Shown here one piece after another: positions 1 to 10,324 of a stretch of 64,000 bases of DNA (the first letter of the stretch is position 1; each line of letters starts with the position of its first letter). The DNA comes from a virus (taxonomy: Duplodnaviria; Caudoviricetes). Below the pieces are notes generated by a model that was not told the DNA's origin, did not search any database, and saw only the letters and a program-made list of their open reading frames with translations. The position numbers were made by a program, and so were the translations under genes. The stretch spans positions 1-64,000 of IMG/VR virus record IMGVR_UViG_3300020369_000001. One strand, 5' to 3'.

Positions 1-468
1 AATTACAAGAAGGTATTAGAGTCAAGGACGTGGCAGATAAATATGGGCTAACTAAGGATGTTGTACGCAAAATAAAGGCAGGCGATACGTACTTTAATAT
101 CCGCGTTTTGTATAACATCCAGCACGAATATAAAAATGACTTTTCTGAAGATACAGTAAGATGGGTCTGTACCAAGATTAATGAAGGTTACTCTGACAGG
201 TGGATAACCGATAACTGTAAGAATCGGAAACTCACTTTTATTGAAGTTAAGAGAATCCGTTATAAGATTAGGTACAAAACTATTTCATCGGAATATTTCT
301 AAGATTTAACGCTCAACGACCAGTGCTTACGCACGTACCCTGTAAGCGGTTGACAGGGGAAACAGTGGACATCCAAAAGGATGAAGATATGGTCTGATCT
401 TATAGGAGACTATAAGCTGCAAGTAACGTTGCGGGGAGAGGTGTAGCGATCTCTCCTGAACATAAATG
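1..468 (+). mobile_element. Group I intron (subgroup IA2-like), 3' part, interrupting the tape measure gene
   Basis: R-like GCTCAACGACCA (P7 5' GACCA 318-322) pairs with S-like AAGATATGGTC (TGGTC 390-394). P7.1 is GTGC-TTAC-GCAC (323-334), P7.2 is CCCTGT/ACAGGG (338-358), P8 is CATCC-AAAA-GGATG (370-383), and P9 is CTTATAG-GAGA-CTATAAG (399-416) with a GNRA loop. Terminal G468 is followed by an in-frame exon T-AAG-AAT-CAG-ATG-GCA-GAA. Confidence 0.9.
3..302 (+). CDS. Intron-encoded homing endonuclease, C-terminal part (5' end outside window)
   Basis: Reading frame is open from base 3 (LQEGIRVKDVADKYGLTKDVVRKIK...). It is basic and HTH-like, and it stops just before the group I intron J6/7-P7 core, the same position as ORFs inserted in P6. 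The nuclease domain is not visible. Confidence 0.6.
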   Translation, partial: LQEGIRVKDVADKYGLTKDVVRKIKAGDTYFNIRVLYNIQHEYKNDFSEDTVRWVCTKINEGYSDRWITDNCKNRKLTFIEVKRIRYKIRYKTISSEYF

Positions 469-1654
469 TAAGAATCAGATGGCAGAAAGATTACCAGGGT
501 CTATGAAGGCTGCTGCAAGAGCTGCCTATAACCTCGGTATCACTACAGAAGCCACTACAGAAGCTCTATTCAAAGCAATGGAAGCTGGTGAGTTAATGGC
601 AGAAACCTTCTTGCCTGAACTTTCCAAAGAGCTTATGATTTCTGCAAACAGTGGCGATGCTTTACAAAAAGCCATAAACTCTACAAGCGCTGCTTACGGA
701 AGGCTTGCTACAAACACTTTCATGGCTAACAAGACCTTCAATGAGGCGGGTCTTGACAAAGGTATGCGCAGACTCGCCAACTCCATCTCAAACTTCTTAC
801 TAAACTCCGAAGGATTAATCAAGTTCTTTGGGATGTTGTCGGGAGAGGTTGCGTCACGTTTTGGCGTAGTATTTGAAGTCTTAGAAACCTTTGGTGTGTG
901 GTCAACAAAACTAGGAAGTGCTTTAGAATTCCTTGAAGAAAAAGGTTTGAATGTTAATGTAGCATTCATGGTTCTCTCAGGGACGCTTGCAATAATCAGC
1001 AAGTGGTTTAGAAGAATCTTCATGTTTGTCTACTTATTGCCTTGGGCGCTGTCTTTAACAGCAGACACCTTAAAAGGTGAATTCGGAGATGACCTTGTAG
1101 ATACTATTACCCGTGTAGTAGCTGCCCTAATGACTTTATACGGAGCTTTAAAGCTTCTTCGTACGGCTCGCACAGGTATGGGCCGACTGTTTGGAGGTGG
1201 ATCAAGAAGTAATACATCAAGCCCTGGGAATACTAATCAAAGAAGTGGTACATCATCACAGTCGCCTAGTACAAGACCTCCAACAACAACTGCTTCAAGT
1301 GGATGGCGAGGGACTTTAATGAGTGGTGGTCGTAAGTTCATGGCCTCAAGAGGGAACATGTACGCCTTCTTAGCCAGTGTTATTGGCCCTCCGATTGTGC
1401 AAGAACTTATGGAAGGTAATTACCAATCATCTTTTGGCCCTAACGCAGATCAAAGGTTTATACCCCCTGGTATGAATCTAATGACTCCTGAAGAGATGGC
1501 TAATAGACGCGCTGGCAACTATCTTGTCCAAGGCGGTATAACAATAAACGTAGATGGCGCAGGTGATCCGCAAGTTGTTTCAGAGGAAGTCCTAAGAACA
1601 ATTCAAAATGTATTCCGAGAAACAGCCTCCTTAGAGCCTGAAACGGAGCAATAA
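469..1654 (+). CDS. Tail tape measure protein, 3' exon
   Basis: (L)KNQMAERLPG matches the tape-measure-domain motif (EELxxQLxERLPG). The product is Ala/Leu-rich and helical with hydrophobic segments, and lies directly upstream of the baseplate genes. Confidence 0.8.
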
Positions 1655-1701
1655 ATAGTATGGGCGTGTACAAGCGCCCTTCTTTCATAAGAGGTATCAA
1701 C

Positions 1702-2475
1702 ATGGCCTTAGCACTTCTTTTTGAAGATGATTCAGTCATCATTTTAGATGCTGTCACGCAATATAGTAAAACCCGTAACAGTTCTATCTCAAAACATCCC
1801 ATAGATAAATCGGCAGTTATTGCAGACCACGTTGCTAAGGATAATCCTGTATTCTCAATACGTGGTATAATCTCCAGTGCTGATTTCCATAACCCCTCAA
1901 CACGTTCACCAGAACTTATTGAAGAACAGAATATTGATCCTGTTTACAACACTCCGGTCAGTGACGCAGTAATCCCCTCTCAATCATCCTTACTAGACCT
2001 TCTTCCTGGTTCTGTACAACAATTCCTAAATGCTCAAGAGTCTAACATTGAAGTAGATGAGTTCAGAGGGTATTCACATGAGATTGCTAGAGAACGTCTA
2101 CAAGATGCGTGGGATAATTCAGAACTTATAACTATCCTTGATTACGACTATGACTTCCAGATAGGTAGGTCAGTCTCTACAAAGCAGATTGAGAATTGCT
2201 TAATCCGTAACTTTGAAGATATTGAAGATGTTGATACAGGTGATTCATTATCGTGTAACTTAACATTTGAAAAAGTACGCTTTGCATTTGTTAAAGAAGT
2301 TGATGTAGATGTACAGCCTGCACCAAGCGTTTCTGATGCTGCTGCTGGTGAATCTAATGAAGGCGACCAAGAGGGTGTTGAAGACGGTGATCTTGAGAGG
2401 GAAGGTCAACAACCCTATTGGAAGACTGCACCTCCACAGGAACTTATAGACGCTATTTTAGGAGGTGTTTTATAA
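1702..2475 (+). CDS. Baseplate/tail-tube initiator-like virion protein
   Basis: Follows the tape measure gene. Motif LDAVTQYSKTRNSSISKHPIDK...DH is typical of myovirus post-TMP proteins. RBS GAGGT precedes ATG 1702. Confidence 0.55.
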   Translation: MALALLFEDDSVIILDAVTQYSKTRNSSISKHPIDKSAVIADHVAKDNPVFSIRGIISSADFHNPSTRSPELIEEQNIDPVYNTPVSDAVIPSQSSLLDLLPGSVQQFLNAQESNIEVDEFRGYSHEIARERLQDAWDNSELITILDYDYDFQIGRSVSTKQIENCLIRNFEDIEDVDTGDSLSCNLTFEKVRFAFVKEVDVDVQPAPSVSDAAAGESNEGDQEGVEDGDLEREGQQPYWKTAPPQELIDAILGGVL

Positions 2476-2822
2476 TGGAATACCAAGCAACTTTACCACT
2501 TTTCAACAAACCCTTCTATTCATACAACTTCGTCATTGACGATGATGATTACAACTTCACATTTCGCTACTCAGATCGTGCAAAGACCTACCTAATGTCT
2601 ATTGAAGATTCCCAAGGACAGACTGTTATCGAAAGTGTAAAACTTCTAACAGGTGTTTCCTTGTTACGTCAATACGCACTAGAACAATTCACAGGACAAT
2701 TCATATTAGTACCTAGACAACTAAAAGAGATATATGAATGGGATGTGAAAGATGGTCGTAACATTCACCGTACACATGCTTTGGTATATTACGTACCAAG
2801 CCCTACTGATAATGGTGACTGA
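2475..2822 (+). CDS. Small virion structural (baseplate) protein
   Basis: Overlapping TAATG stop/start at 2473-2477; position within the baseplate module. Confidence 0.5.
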   Translation: MEYQATLPLFNKPFYSYNFVIDDDDYNFTFRYSDRAKTYLMSIEDSQGQTVIESVKLLTGVSLLRQYALEQFTGQFILVPRQLKEIYEWDVKDGRNIHRTHALVYYVPSPTDNGD

Positions 2823-2824
2823 CA

Positions 2825-3736
2825 ATGGCTTCAGATAACAATAAGCAATTCAGAAGAACGTATGAACTTACTATTGGTGATCCACAAGCTAAAGGTGTAT
2901 TCATCAATGGTGACGAAGAAAATAACGAAGGCTTAGCAATCAACTTCTCAATCACTAAGAACATTGATAACTCTAAAGATAATGATAGGTGTTCAATCTC
3001 TATCACAAACCTTTCAGAAGACTCTATCAATTACATCAAAGAGAAATCTTCAGCAGTGATTTTAAAAGTAGGCTATAACGGTGATAACAAATTACTTTTC
3101 CAAGGCATTGTCCAAGAACTAGAGACGGATGACCGGACAGGTAATGTTGACCGTGTAACCTCATTAAGATGTGTTCCAGCAGATGCCTTCATATATAATT
3201 CAAACGTTTCTAAAACATTCCCTGAGAATACCACACCAAGACAGATCATCAATTACTTAATAGGTAATTCACAATCCCTCTCAAGAGCTTCTTTTAATAG
3301 TGATAACATTGATGTGCCATTCCCCTTTGGATACTCTATTGAAGGTTCTACTCAACAAGTATTGAAAGAGCTTGCTAGGGACTTTAAATTTGATTGGCGT
3401 ATATCTAGTGATAAACTTTACATTAGTGATCCTGATAAATACGAGAAGCCTAATTCTGTTGAAAGGGCTTTCTTGTTCACACCTAATACAGGACTGATTG
3501 GTAGACCTATCTTCGTAACAGGTGATGGTAGGGATGTAGAGGATTCTGAGAATAGACGTAAAGGTGTAAAGTTTAAATCCCTTATTAACCCCTTAGTAAG
3601 ACCTGGGAGCGCTGTCAAAGTACAAGACACAGCTCTTGAGGGCGTCTATCGAGTAAACTCTGTAGAGTATCGAGGTGATTGGAGAGGCAATTCTTGGGAG
3701 GCTACTTATACGTGTTCTAAACTAAATACAAGGTGA
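2825..3736 (+). CDS. Baseplate hub / tail protein
   Basis: Motifs LKVGY..LLFQG, GLIGRP and LINPLVRPGSAVKV..GVYRVNSVEYRGD, and position just before the spike gene. Confidence 0.65.
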   Translation: MASDNNKQFRRTYELTIGDPQAKGVFINGDEENNEGLAINFSITKNIDNSKDNDRCSISITNLSEDSINYIKEKSSAVILKVGYNGDNKLLFQGIVQELETDDRTGNVDRVTSLRCVPADAFIYNSNVSKTFPENTTPRQIINYLIGNSQSLSRASFNSDNIDVPFPFGYSIEGSTQQVLKELARDFKFDWRISSDKLYISDPDKYEKPNSVERAFLFTPNTGLIGRPIFVTGDGRDVEDSENRRKGVKFKSLINPLVRPGSAVKVQDTALEGVYRVNSVEYRGDWRGNSWEATYTCSKLNTR

Positions 3737-3743
3737 TTATACC

Positions 3744-4589
3744 ATGCGGCAGATAGGACTTGACAGCATTATTAACCAGTACATTAACAATAACCTTAAA
3801 AGAGCCTTTACAGCAATCCCTTGTCGAGTAACTTCAGTAAACAACATGGGACAACAAAGGATTAATGTTCAGCCAATCATCAACATTGTAAAGACCTCTG
3901 ATGAAGAACTTGAACATACTATTATTCAGAATGTACCAGTGGTATTCCCAGGGTCTTCAACGTCTCAATTCAGCTTCCCTGTTAATGTTGGTGATACTGT
4001 CTTATGCGTATTCTCTCAAAGGTCTTTAGATAGATTCAAACTGGGCGCTAAGAACCCTCATCGACCTATTGATCTTCGTAAGATGTCCCGTAACGATGCC
4101 GTAGCAATTCCTGGTCTGTTCCCTTTTGAAGATGCGGTCAATAACCCTGGTAAAAGGTCACTAGGACACTCTACAGAGGATGCTGTAGTTACCCATAACA
4201 TAGGTACTGGTAATGAGTGTGAGGTACGTTTAAAACCCTCTGGTGATGTTGTAATCAACTCTCCGACGACTGTTCAGGTCAACTGCCAGGAGGCTGAAGT
4301 TAACGCTGAAAACTCGACAACAGTTAATACCTCTACAGCAAATATCAACGCTTCCTCAAGTGTCACTATAGACAGTCCTACTACAACAGTTACTGGCGAG
4401 ATGCTTGTTCAAGGAACCTTCACATTCACTAGCGGGATGGTTGGCAGCGGTTCAGCAGGCGGTGCTACAGCGTCTATCACTGGTTCTATGGATGTAACTG
4501 ACGATGTTGTTGGAGGAGGCGTGTCTTTAAAATCACACACTCATGGTGGTGTTCAAACTGGCCCTGGTAATACAGGTGTTCCTAACTAA
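3744..4589 (+). CDS. Baseplate central spike (Gp138/gpV-like)
   Basis: N-terminal OB-fold-type NVPVVFP..FPVNVGDTVLCVFSQRSLD, beta-helix repeats, and C-terminal metal-binding SLKSHTHGGV motif. Confidence 0.8.
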   Translation: MRQIGLDSIINQYINNNLKRAFTAIPCRVTSVNNMGQQRINVQPIINIVKTSDEELEHTIIQNVPVVFPGSSTSQFSFPVNVGDTVLCVFSQRSLDRFKLGAKNPHRPIDLRKMSRNDAVAIPGLFPFEDAVNNPGKRSLGHSTEDAVVTHNIGTGNECEVRLKPSGDVVINSPTTVQVNCQEAEVNAENSTTVNTSTANINASSSVTIDSPTTTVTGEMLVQGTFTFTSGMVGSGSAGGATASITGSMDVTDDVVGGGVSLKSHTHGGVQTGPGNTGVPN

Positions 4590-4648
4590 AGCATTGCTAA
4601 TAACTATACCTCAATATAAACTTAATTACATAAAGAAGGGTTTTCAAA

Positions 4649-5020
4649 ATGGATATACAATTAGGTGAAAACCACGATATTGAAATTGTTGATGGTGACT
4701 TTAGACTTACACCGACAGAGCAGCTTTCTATTCGTCAGAAGTTGATTATTAAGCTTTTGACATTCCAAGGGGAATGGTTCTTGTCAAGTGAAGAAGGAAT
4801 ACCTTTCTTCCAATCAATCGCTGGAAAGAACCGTTCTAAAGAAACTATCGACACTATTTACAAAAGAGCAATACTTTCGACAGAAGGTGTTTTAGAGATT
4901 GTTTCATTCCGTTCAAATATTACCCCGCAACGTGAATATGTTATGCAGTTCATTGTTAGGACTGTAGAGGATACTGTCTTAGAGCCTATCGAACTGTCAG
5001 GGTTTAATATAAACAACTAA
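4649..5020 (+). CDS. Baseplate wedge / sheath initiator (gp25/gpW-like)
   Basis: IRQKLIIKLLTFQGEWFLS..EGIPF motif; lies between the spike and baseplate J genes. Confidence 0.65.
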   Translation: MDIQLGENHDIEIVDGDFRLTPTEQLSIRQKLIIKLLTFQGEWFLSSEEGIPFFQSIAGKNRSKETIDTIYKRAILSTEGVLEIVSFRSNITPQREYVMQFIVRTVEDTVLEPIELSGFNINN

Positions 5021-5038
5021 TAGGGTAGGAGGATTCAG

Positions 5039-6460
5039 ATGGCAGGCGTAACTAACGAAGGGTTCCGCATAAAACGTCTAAGGCAGATTATAGCAGACCT
5101 TGAAACAGAAGCTCGTAATCAGTATGGCGATGATATATCAACAGATGTAAACACAGTTCTTGGTAGAGCATTGCGTGTAGATGCCCCATCATTAAGTGAC
5201 TTGTGGGAAGCTGCTGAAGAAGTCTATAATTCATTTAACCCTAATAAGGCTTCTGGTGTTTCTTTAGATGCACTTGTAGAATTATCAGGACTTACACGTT
5301 TTGAAGCACGGCCTACTATTTCACCAGTGTTATTAGTGGCGAATAAAGATACTGAGTTACCAGCAGGTTCTTTAGCATCTTCATCATTCACTGGTAATAT
5401 CTTTGAGCTTCGCAATCCTGTATTCTTTAATCTGAATAACGTGGTTGCTCTACAAGTAGAACCTGTAAATGCTGTAGAAGGAAATACTTACACAGTTACT
5501 TATGATTCCTCAGTAGTAGCTTACACAGCACTTCCTGGTGATACTATACAAGATATTGCTAGAGAACTTTCGCTCCTGTTTGATGTGATCCCTACATTTG
5601 AAAGTTCTGTTGACGAGGACGATAACAGGGTTCTCTACATATCCTCTGAAGATAACTTCCGTACTCACAATTACCAACTATCAGCTAACCTTGTCGCAAG
5701 GGAAGTTACTAAGTTGGGTTCTGTACAAGCCTTAGAAGCTGGCCCTGAAGAACAACCTTTAGGGACTATAGACACGGTTGCTGAACCTATTAACGGTTGG
5801 GTATCTGTAATCAACCCTGTAGATGCTGAGACAGGTGCTTTTAGAGAAACTGATACGGAGCTACGTACACGCTTTGCAAACTCTAAAGAGACGCGCGCAT
5901 CTAATACTCTTGAAGCTATCTATTCAGACTTGTTGGGTCTTTTAGGTGTTGAAGAAGTGACTGCCTATGAAAACGTAACTGATGTAGAAGACTCAAGAGG
6001 TTTTCCCCCACACTCTGTTGTAGCAGTTGTTGAAGGCGGTTCTTCATTAGAGATTGGCAATGTCATTTGGAGGAATAAACCAGCAGGTATACAGACGTTT
6101 GGTAACACCACTGTCACGATTGTTGATTCACAAGGTTTCAACCAAGACATACAATTCATAAGACCTGTTGAAGTTCCTGTGTACGTGAACCTTGAGATTA
6201 CAGCGCTTGGTAATTTTGATTCTGATGGGCCTGATAAGATTGCTAATGCGATTATCGACTTCTTAGATTCACAGTATGGTGTTGGTGATAATGTGATCTA
6301 CTCAAGATTATACACACCTATCAACAGTGTTCCTAATCATCAGATTGAATCATTAGAGATTGGTACAGACGGTGTGAATTACTCGACAGCTAATATAGAA
6401 GTACCTTTTGATGGTATTGCAAGATCACGTACAACGTACATAAACATAACGGTGAATTGA
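5039..6460 (+). CDS. Baseplate J-like wedge protein
   Basis: ASGVSLD, ETDTELRTR and KPAGIQTFG motifs of the baseplate J family. Confidence 0.9.
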   Translation: MAGVTNEGFRIKRLRQIIADLETEARNQYGDDISTDVNTVLGRALRVDAPSLSDLWEAAEEVYNSFNPNKASGVSLDALVELSGLTRFEARPTISPVLLVANKDTELPAGSLASSSFTGNIFELRNPVFFNLNNVVALQVEPVNAVEGNTYTVTYDSSVVAYTALPGDTIQDIARELSLLFDVIPTFESSVDEDDNRVLYISSEDNFRTHNYQLSANLVAREVTKLGSVQALEAGPEEQPLGTIDTVAEPINGWVSVINPVDAETGAFRETDTELRTRFANSKETRASNTLEAIYSDLLGLLGVEEVTAYENVTDVEDSRGFPPHSVVAVVEGGSSLEIGNVIWRNKPAGIQTFGNTTVTIVDSQGFNQDIQFIRPVEVPVYVNLEITALGNFDSDGPDKIANAIIDFLDSQYGVGDNVIYSRLYTPINSVPNHQIESLEIGTDGVNYSTANIEVPFDGIARSRTTYINITVN

Positions 6461-6717
6461 TTATGATAGTCAACAACATTACACTGTTCAAGAACATTGA
6501 GCAAAAAGAAATTGTCAATGCAGGACAGACACTTATTACGCTTACGGATATTGTCTTAGACTTATCTTCAGAGAATGTTCCCACTGTTTATATCGAAGGT
6601 TCTTTTGAAAGGGATTTTACAGTTGAGTCTGAAACAACAGTTAGGCTAGGCCAAGCGTATCCCGTAGGCACCAAAGTGTATGTCTTGCAGTACCAACTTG
6701 ATCAGCAACAAACATAA
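6457..6717 (+). CDS. Small beta-sandwich baseplate/tailspike adaptor-like protein
   Basis: VYIEG...FTV...VRL....VGTKVYV pattern, also seen as an insert in the next gene. Confidence 0.45.
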   Translation: MIMIVNNITLFKNIEQKEIVNAGQTLITLTDIVLDLSSENVPTVYIEGSFERDFTVESETTVRLGQAYPVGTKVYVLQYQLDQQQT

Positions 6718-6732
6718 AGAGGTGTCAAACGT

Positions 6733-7968
6733 ATGGCTATTGATAAACAACAGTATTTAGATATAGCCCGTGAAAGATACACCCAACAGTTCAAAGAGAA
6801 ATCCAACATTGATAGGTTGGTAGCAACGTGGTTATCGGGTTCTGAAGAAATCCAAGATGTTTTATCTGATGTGGACGATATTAAATACATCGACAAGGCT
6901 TCAGGAATCCAGTTAGACAATATTGGTGAGATTGTTGGACAACCACGTATTCTTATAGACGCTGATTTGATAGCCTTCTTTGGTTATCAAGGGTTATCAA
7001 TATCACGGTCTTACGGTGATTTAAACGATGCTTCGAAAGGTGGTCGTTGGAAAGCATTAGAAGAATCTTCAACAGGTAATATTACATTAAATGACCCTGA
7101 ATACAGGTTGTTCATAAGGGCTAAAATACTTCGCAATAAGACAGTCGCCACCACTGAAGATGTTATAGAATCTATTAAGTTTCTTTTCCAAGCTGAACGT
7201 GTGCATCTGTTAGAAGACACAGGCCCAGCCTCTTATAGAGCTGCGATTGGTAAGGTTCTTTCACAACAAGAGAAGAACCTAATAAGGTATGAGTACCAAG
7301 ATGGTGTCAAAAGGAACCTACTTGTAAAACCTGCCGGTGTAGGTTTCGGTGATTTCTCTGAATACAACCCCGAACAGTTCTTTGGTTTCGAAGGTGTTAG
7401 TGGTGCTAAGGGTTATGGGACACTTTTAGAGGTTGGTGAGTATGTACCTTACTTTACATCCTTTGGTATGTTTGGCTATGGAGATTTAAGAGATATAGCA
7501 GATGTTAATATCTATTATAACTATACGATGTCTTCAAGACACACTACTAGGGGAGTATCCAGAGATGGGGATTCTGTAGATATACCTATCAGTAACACCA
7601 TCCAAGAGGTTTATGTAGATGGGGCTTTTACAGACTCTTACACTGTTTCGAAGAACCGTGTAACATTCCCTTATGAGCTTACTGCTGGAACCCCTATCAC
7701 AGTAGTTGAGAGGTTTGGTCAAGAAGTGATTACAACTGACTATACGTTCAAAGACCCTGCTGTGACAACTTTATCAAGGAGGCAGTATGAATCATCTTTC
7801 GGTGATGTGAACGATCCTCAAAAAGGTTCACGGTATAGGTCATTAGGTGAACCGCAAGGTGCTAATAACATCCTCAATACTGGCCCGATAAAGAAATTAG
7901 AATACTTCGATAACGATGCTACAGAGCTTACTGAAACAGGTGGCTATTATTCATCTATTATAACGTAA
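6733..7968 (+). CDS. Baseplate wedge protein (DUF2612/gpI-like) with C-terminal extension
   Basis: ASGIQLDNIGEIVGQPR and LNDPEYRLFIRAKI motifs; follows baseplate J. Confidence 0.7.
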   Translation: MAIDKQQYLDIARERYTQQFKEKSNIDRLVATWLSGSEEIQDVLSDVDDIKYIDKASGIQLDNIGEIVGQPRILIDADLIAFFGYQGLSISRSYGDLNDASKGGRWKALEESSTGNITLNDPEYRLFIRAKILRNKTVATTEDVIESIKFLFQAERVHLLEDTGPASYRAAIGKVLSQQEKNLIRYEYQDGVKRNLLVKPAGVGFGDFSEYNPEQFFGFEGVSGAKGYGTLLEVGEYVPYFTSFGMFGYGDLRDIADVNIYYNYTMSSRHTTRGVSRDGDSVDIPISNTIQEVYVDGAFTDSYTVSKNRVTFPYELTAGTPITVVERFGQEVITTDYTFKDPAVTTLSRRQYESSFGDVNDPQKGSRYRSLGEPQGANNILNTGPIKKLEYFDNDATELTETGGYYSSIIT

Positions 7969-7977
7969 GGTATCAAT

Positions 7978-10254
7978 ATGAATGCAAATAAGTTAACAAA
8001 TTTTACGAAAGTTCTCCATAAAACTGATAGAGCTTCGGAAGTATTGATGTTCGATCAAAGTGGTAACCCTTCGTCAATAAATCCTGGTGGCCTTGTGATC
8101 GGCACGCAGACGGTGGCCGAGGCGCTGGATCGTCGGGGAATTCGCTTCACAGCACTTCGTGCACCGACCAGCGGTGAGTTTGATCCAGAAGATTATTTGG
8201 AAACCAGCACCAAAATTCAGCTCGGGGTGTTCTGCTATACTCTCGGCTACTACTCACCAGGAGATGGCGGCGGTAATGATTATGAGATCGTAGCAGCGGG
8301 GACTGGTACGGATGATGGTGGGTCGTTTATCAACTTGTCGGGCAGTGGATTGCAAGCTAAGGGGTTGTTTGGTGCCACGGTCAATGTGAAACAGTTCGGG
8401 GCTATTGGCGATGGCGTTGCGGATGATACAGCGCCTTTTAACGGCGCGATCGCACAGATCAATACTGCTAGCCAAGAGATGTTTATACCTGCTGGCATTT
8501 TCCGCATTACGTCTAATTTGCAAACAGTAACTCGATATTGCTCAGTGCGCGGTGATAGCCGATCAGTGACGCGGCTTTTGTTTGAAAACTGCAACGGCCT
8601 AAATTTTAACCTCTCGCTAAGCGATACAATTTATATCAGCACGATAGTAGAGAGTGTTTCACTATTAACTGATGGAGATAGTCACACCGGCATTTACTTC
8701 AAAGGCAAGCAAAGCTATGCGCCACATGATCCCGCTTTAGTGTTAAGAGATGTTTCAATAACCACTTCGGCGGCATATGATAGCAGTGTGGGAGATTCGG
8801 CTGAGTGGGGATGCGCTATTGATCTTGATGATGTTGACGAGGTCTTGCTTGATAATGTCTATGTATGCGGGTCAGAACTCAACGCAAAATTTCCTAGTAG
8901 AACCAGCTCTATTGGAATTAGAGTATCAACAGTTACAGGCTTGCGCATTTCAGATAGCCAGATTTTCTTACTAGGAACCGGTATTGATGTATCCGGTCAG
9001 TCAGAAGGAGGAATTTTTTCCGGGCTAACTATAGTGTCTGTCGATGTTGGTATAGAGTTCCATGATTTAATCAGCCCTTCCAATAATCATGTTATAGAGG
9101 GTTCGCATATTGCCGCATACACTAGGGGGGTTAGAATCACAGGATACGGCGTGTCGGAAATGATAACCGCAGTGTTCATCAGTAATTGCTTCATTCTTGA
9201 AAGAGAGGAAGCAACCACTACTACTAAAAGTGAATACGTCGCACTTGATATTATAGCGGAGCGTTCTGTTATAAGTAATACAACAATACAGTGTAATACT
9301 AGCAGGACACCAAGCAGAACCGCCATAAGGATTCCAAGCAGCAATAACATAATATCCAATATTATTGGATTAAATATAGGATCGCTTATTGATGCTGTAG
9401 ACTCAGGAGACGGAAGGTTTAGCTATGTTTCAAATTGTATAGCAAACGGGAATTTAGATTCTTTAACTAAGGGCGCGACACACCTTTTTGTTAAAGGTGG
9501 CAATGTAATGGGGTCTATGCAGACGACAGCGCATTGGAATGCAAACACTTTCGCTGCGGCTGATTTAGACGATAAGAACTTGTTTGAGTTTTCGGGTAGG
9601 CGACTACTCCTTGGCGCTGATCGCGACAAGGGCTCTCGATACATTGACTTTAGAACACTTGTGGCAGGGACAGCAGATTTTGACACAAGAATCCTTTCTA
9701 TAGGGGGTGGCGCAGCAACGGGGCAAGGGTCTTTGATATTTTACTCCTCATCGTCAATTTTTGAGGGTCAGATCAGGCCTTCAGTAGATTCTGAATTCTC
9801 TACGGGCAGCCCTAGTTACAGGTGGTCGGAGATTTACTCGACCACGGGCACAATAAACACGTCCGACGAGCGTGAAAAACAGGATATCTCGACTCTTGAT
9901 GCGTCGGAGGCGCTAGTCGCAAAGCGGCTAAAAAGCCTAGTCAAAAAATTCCGCTTCCGCGATGCCGTCGAAAAAAAGGGAGCTGATGCTCGCATTCACG
10001 TTGGCGTGATTGCACAGGAGGTTGCCGAAGCCTTCGCAGATGAAGGGCTTGATGCTCACCGCTACGGCATCCTCTGCTACGACGAGTGGGGCGAGCAAGA
10101 AGAGATCATTCAGTCTTGGGAAAATGAGTACGATGGCAATGGCGCACTGACTAGATCAGCAGGTAGCGAGGTAGTACAAGAATACCGCCCTGCTGGGAAC
10201 CGTTACGGCGTGCGCTATGAAGAACTTCTAGCCTTTATTATCAGCGCTATGTAA
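7978..10254 (+). CDS. Tailspike/depolymerase (pectate-lyase-like beta-helix) with C-terminal intramolecular chaperone (peptidase S74)
   Basis: GYYSPGDGGG head-binding-type motif, NVKQFGAIGDGVADDT beta-helix start, and GSPSYRWSEIY..TGTINTSDEREK plus GVIAQEV...YGVRYEEL chaperone motifs. Confidence 0.87.
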   Translation: MNANKLTNFTKVLHKTDRASEVLMFDQSGNPSSINPGGLVIGTQTVAEALDRRGIRFTALRAPTSGEFDPEDYLETSTKIQLGVFCYTLGYYSPGDGGGNDYEIVAAGTGTDDGGSFINLSGSGLQAKGLFGATVNVKQFGAIGDGVADDTAPFNGAIAQINTASQEMFIPAGIFRITSNLQTVTRYCSVRGDSRSVTRLLFENCNGLNFNLSLSDTIYISTIVESVSLLTDGDSHTGIYFKGKQSYAPHDPALVLRDVSITTSAAYDSSVGDSAEWGCAIDLDDVDEVLLDNVYVCGSELNAKFPSRTSSIGIRVSTVTGLRISDSQIFLLGTGIDVSGQSEGGIFSGLTIVSVDVGIEFHDLISPSNNHVIEGSHIAAYTRGVRITGYGVSEMITAVFISNCFILEREEATTTTKSEYVALDIIAERSVISNTTIQCNTSRTPSRTAIRIPSSNNIISNIIGLNIGSLIDAVDSGDGRFSYVSNCIANGNLDSLTKGATHLFVKGGNVMGSMQTTAHWNANTFAAADLDDKNLFEFSGRRLLLGADRDKGSRYIDFRTLVAGTADFDTRILSIGGGAATGQGSLIFYSSSSIFEGQIRPSVDSEFSTGSPSYRWSEIYSTTGTINTSDEREKQDISTLDASEALVAKRLKSLVKKFRFRDAVEKKGADARIHVGVIAQEVAEAFADEGLDAHRYGILCYDEWGEQEEIIQSWENEYDGNGALTRSAGSEVVQEYRPAGNRYGVRYEELLAFIISAM

Positions 10255-10297
10255 CCCTCACGAACAAGCGTTATACAGCAAGCCAGGAGGCTTCCTA

Positions 10298-10324
10298 ATG
10301 GCAACAGATATTAACGCCCTCTAG
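10298..10324 (+). pseudogene. Truncated gene start (MATDINAL*) with strong RBS
   Basis: AGGAGG followed by ATG GCA ACA GAT ATT AAC GCC CTC TAG directly after the tailspike gene. Confidence 0.35.
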
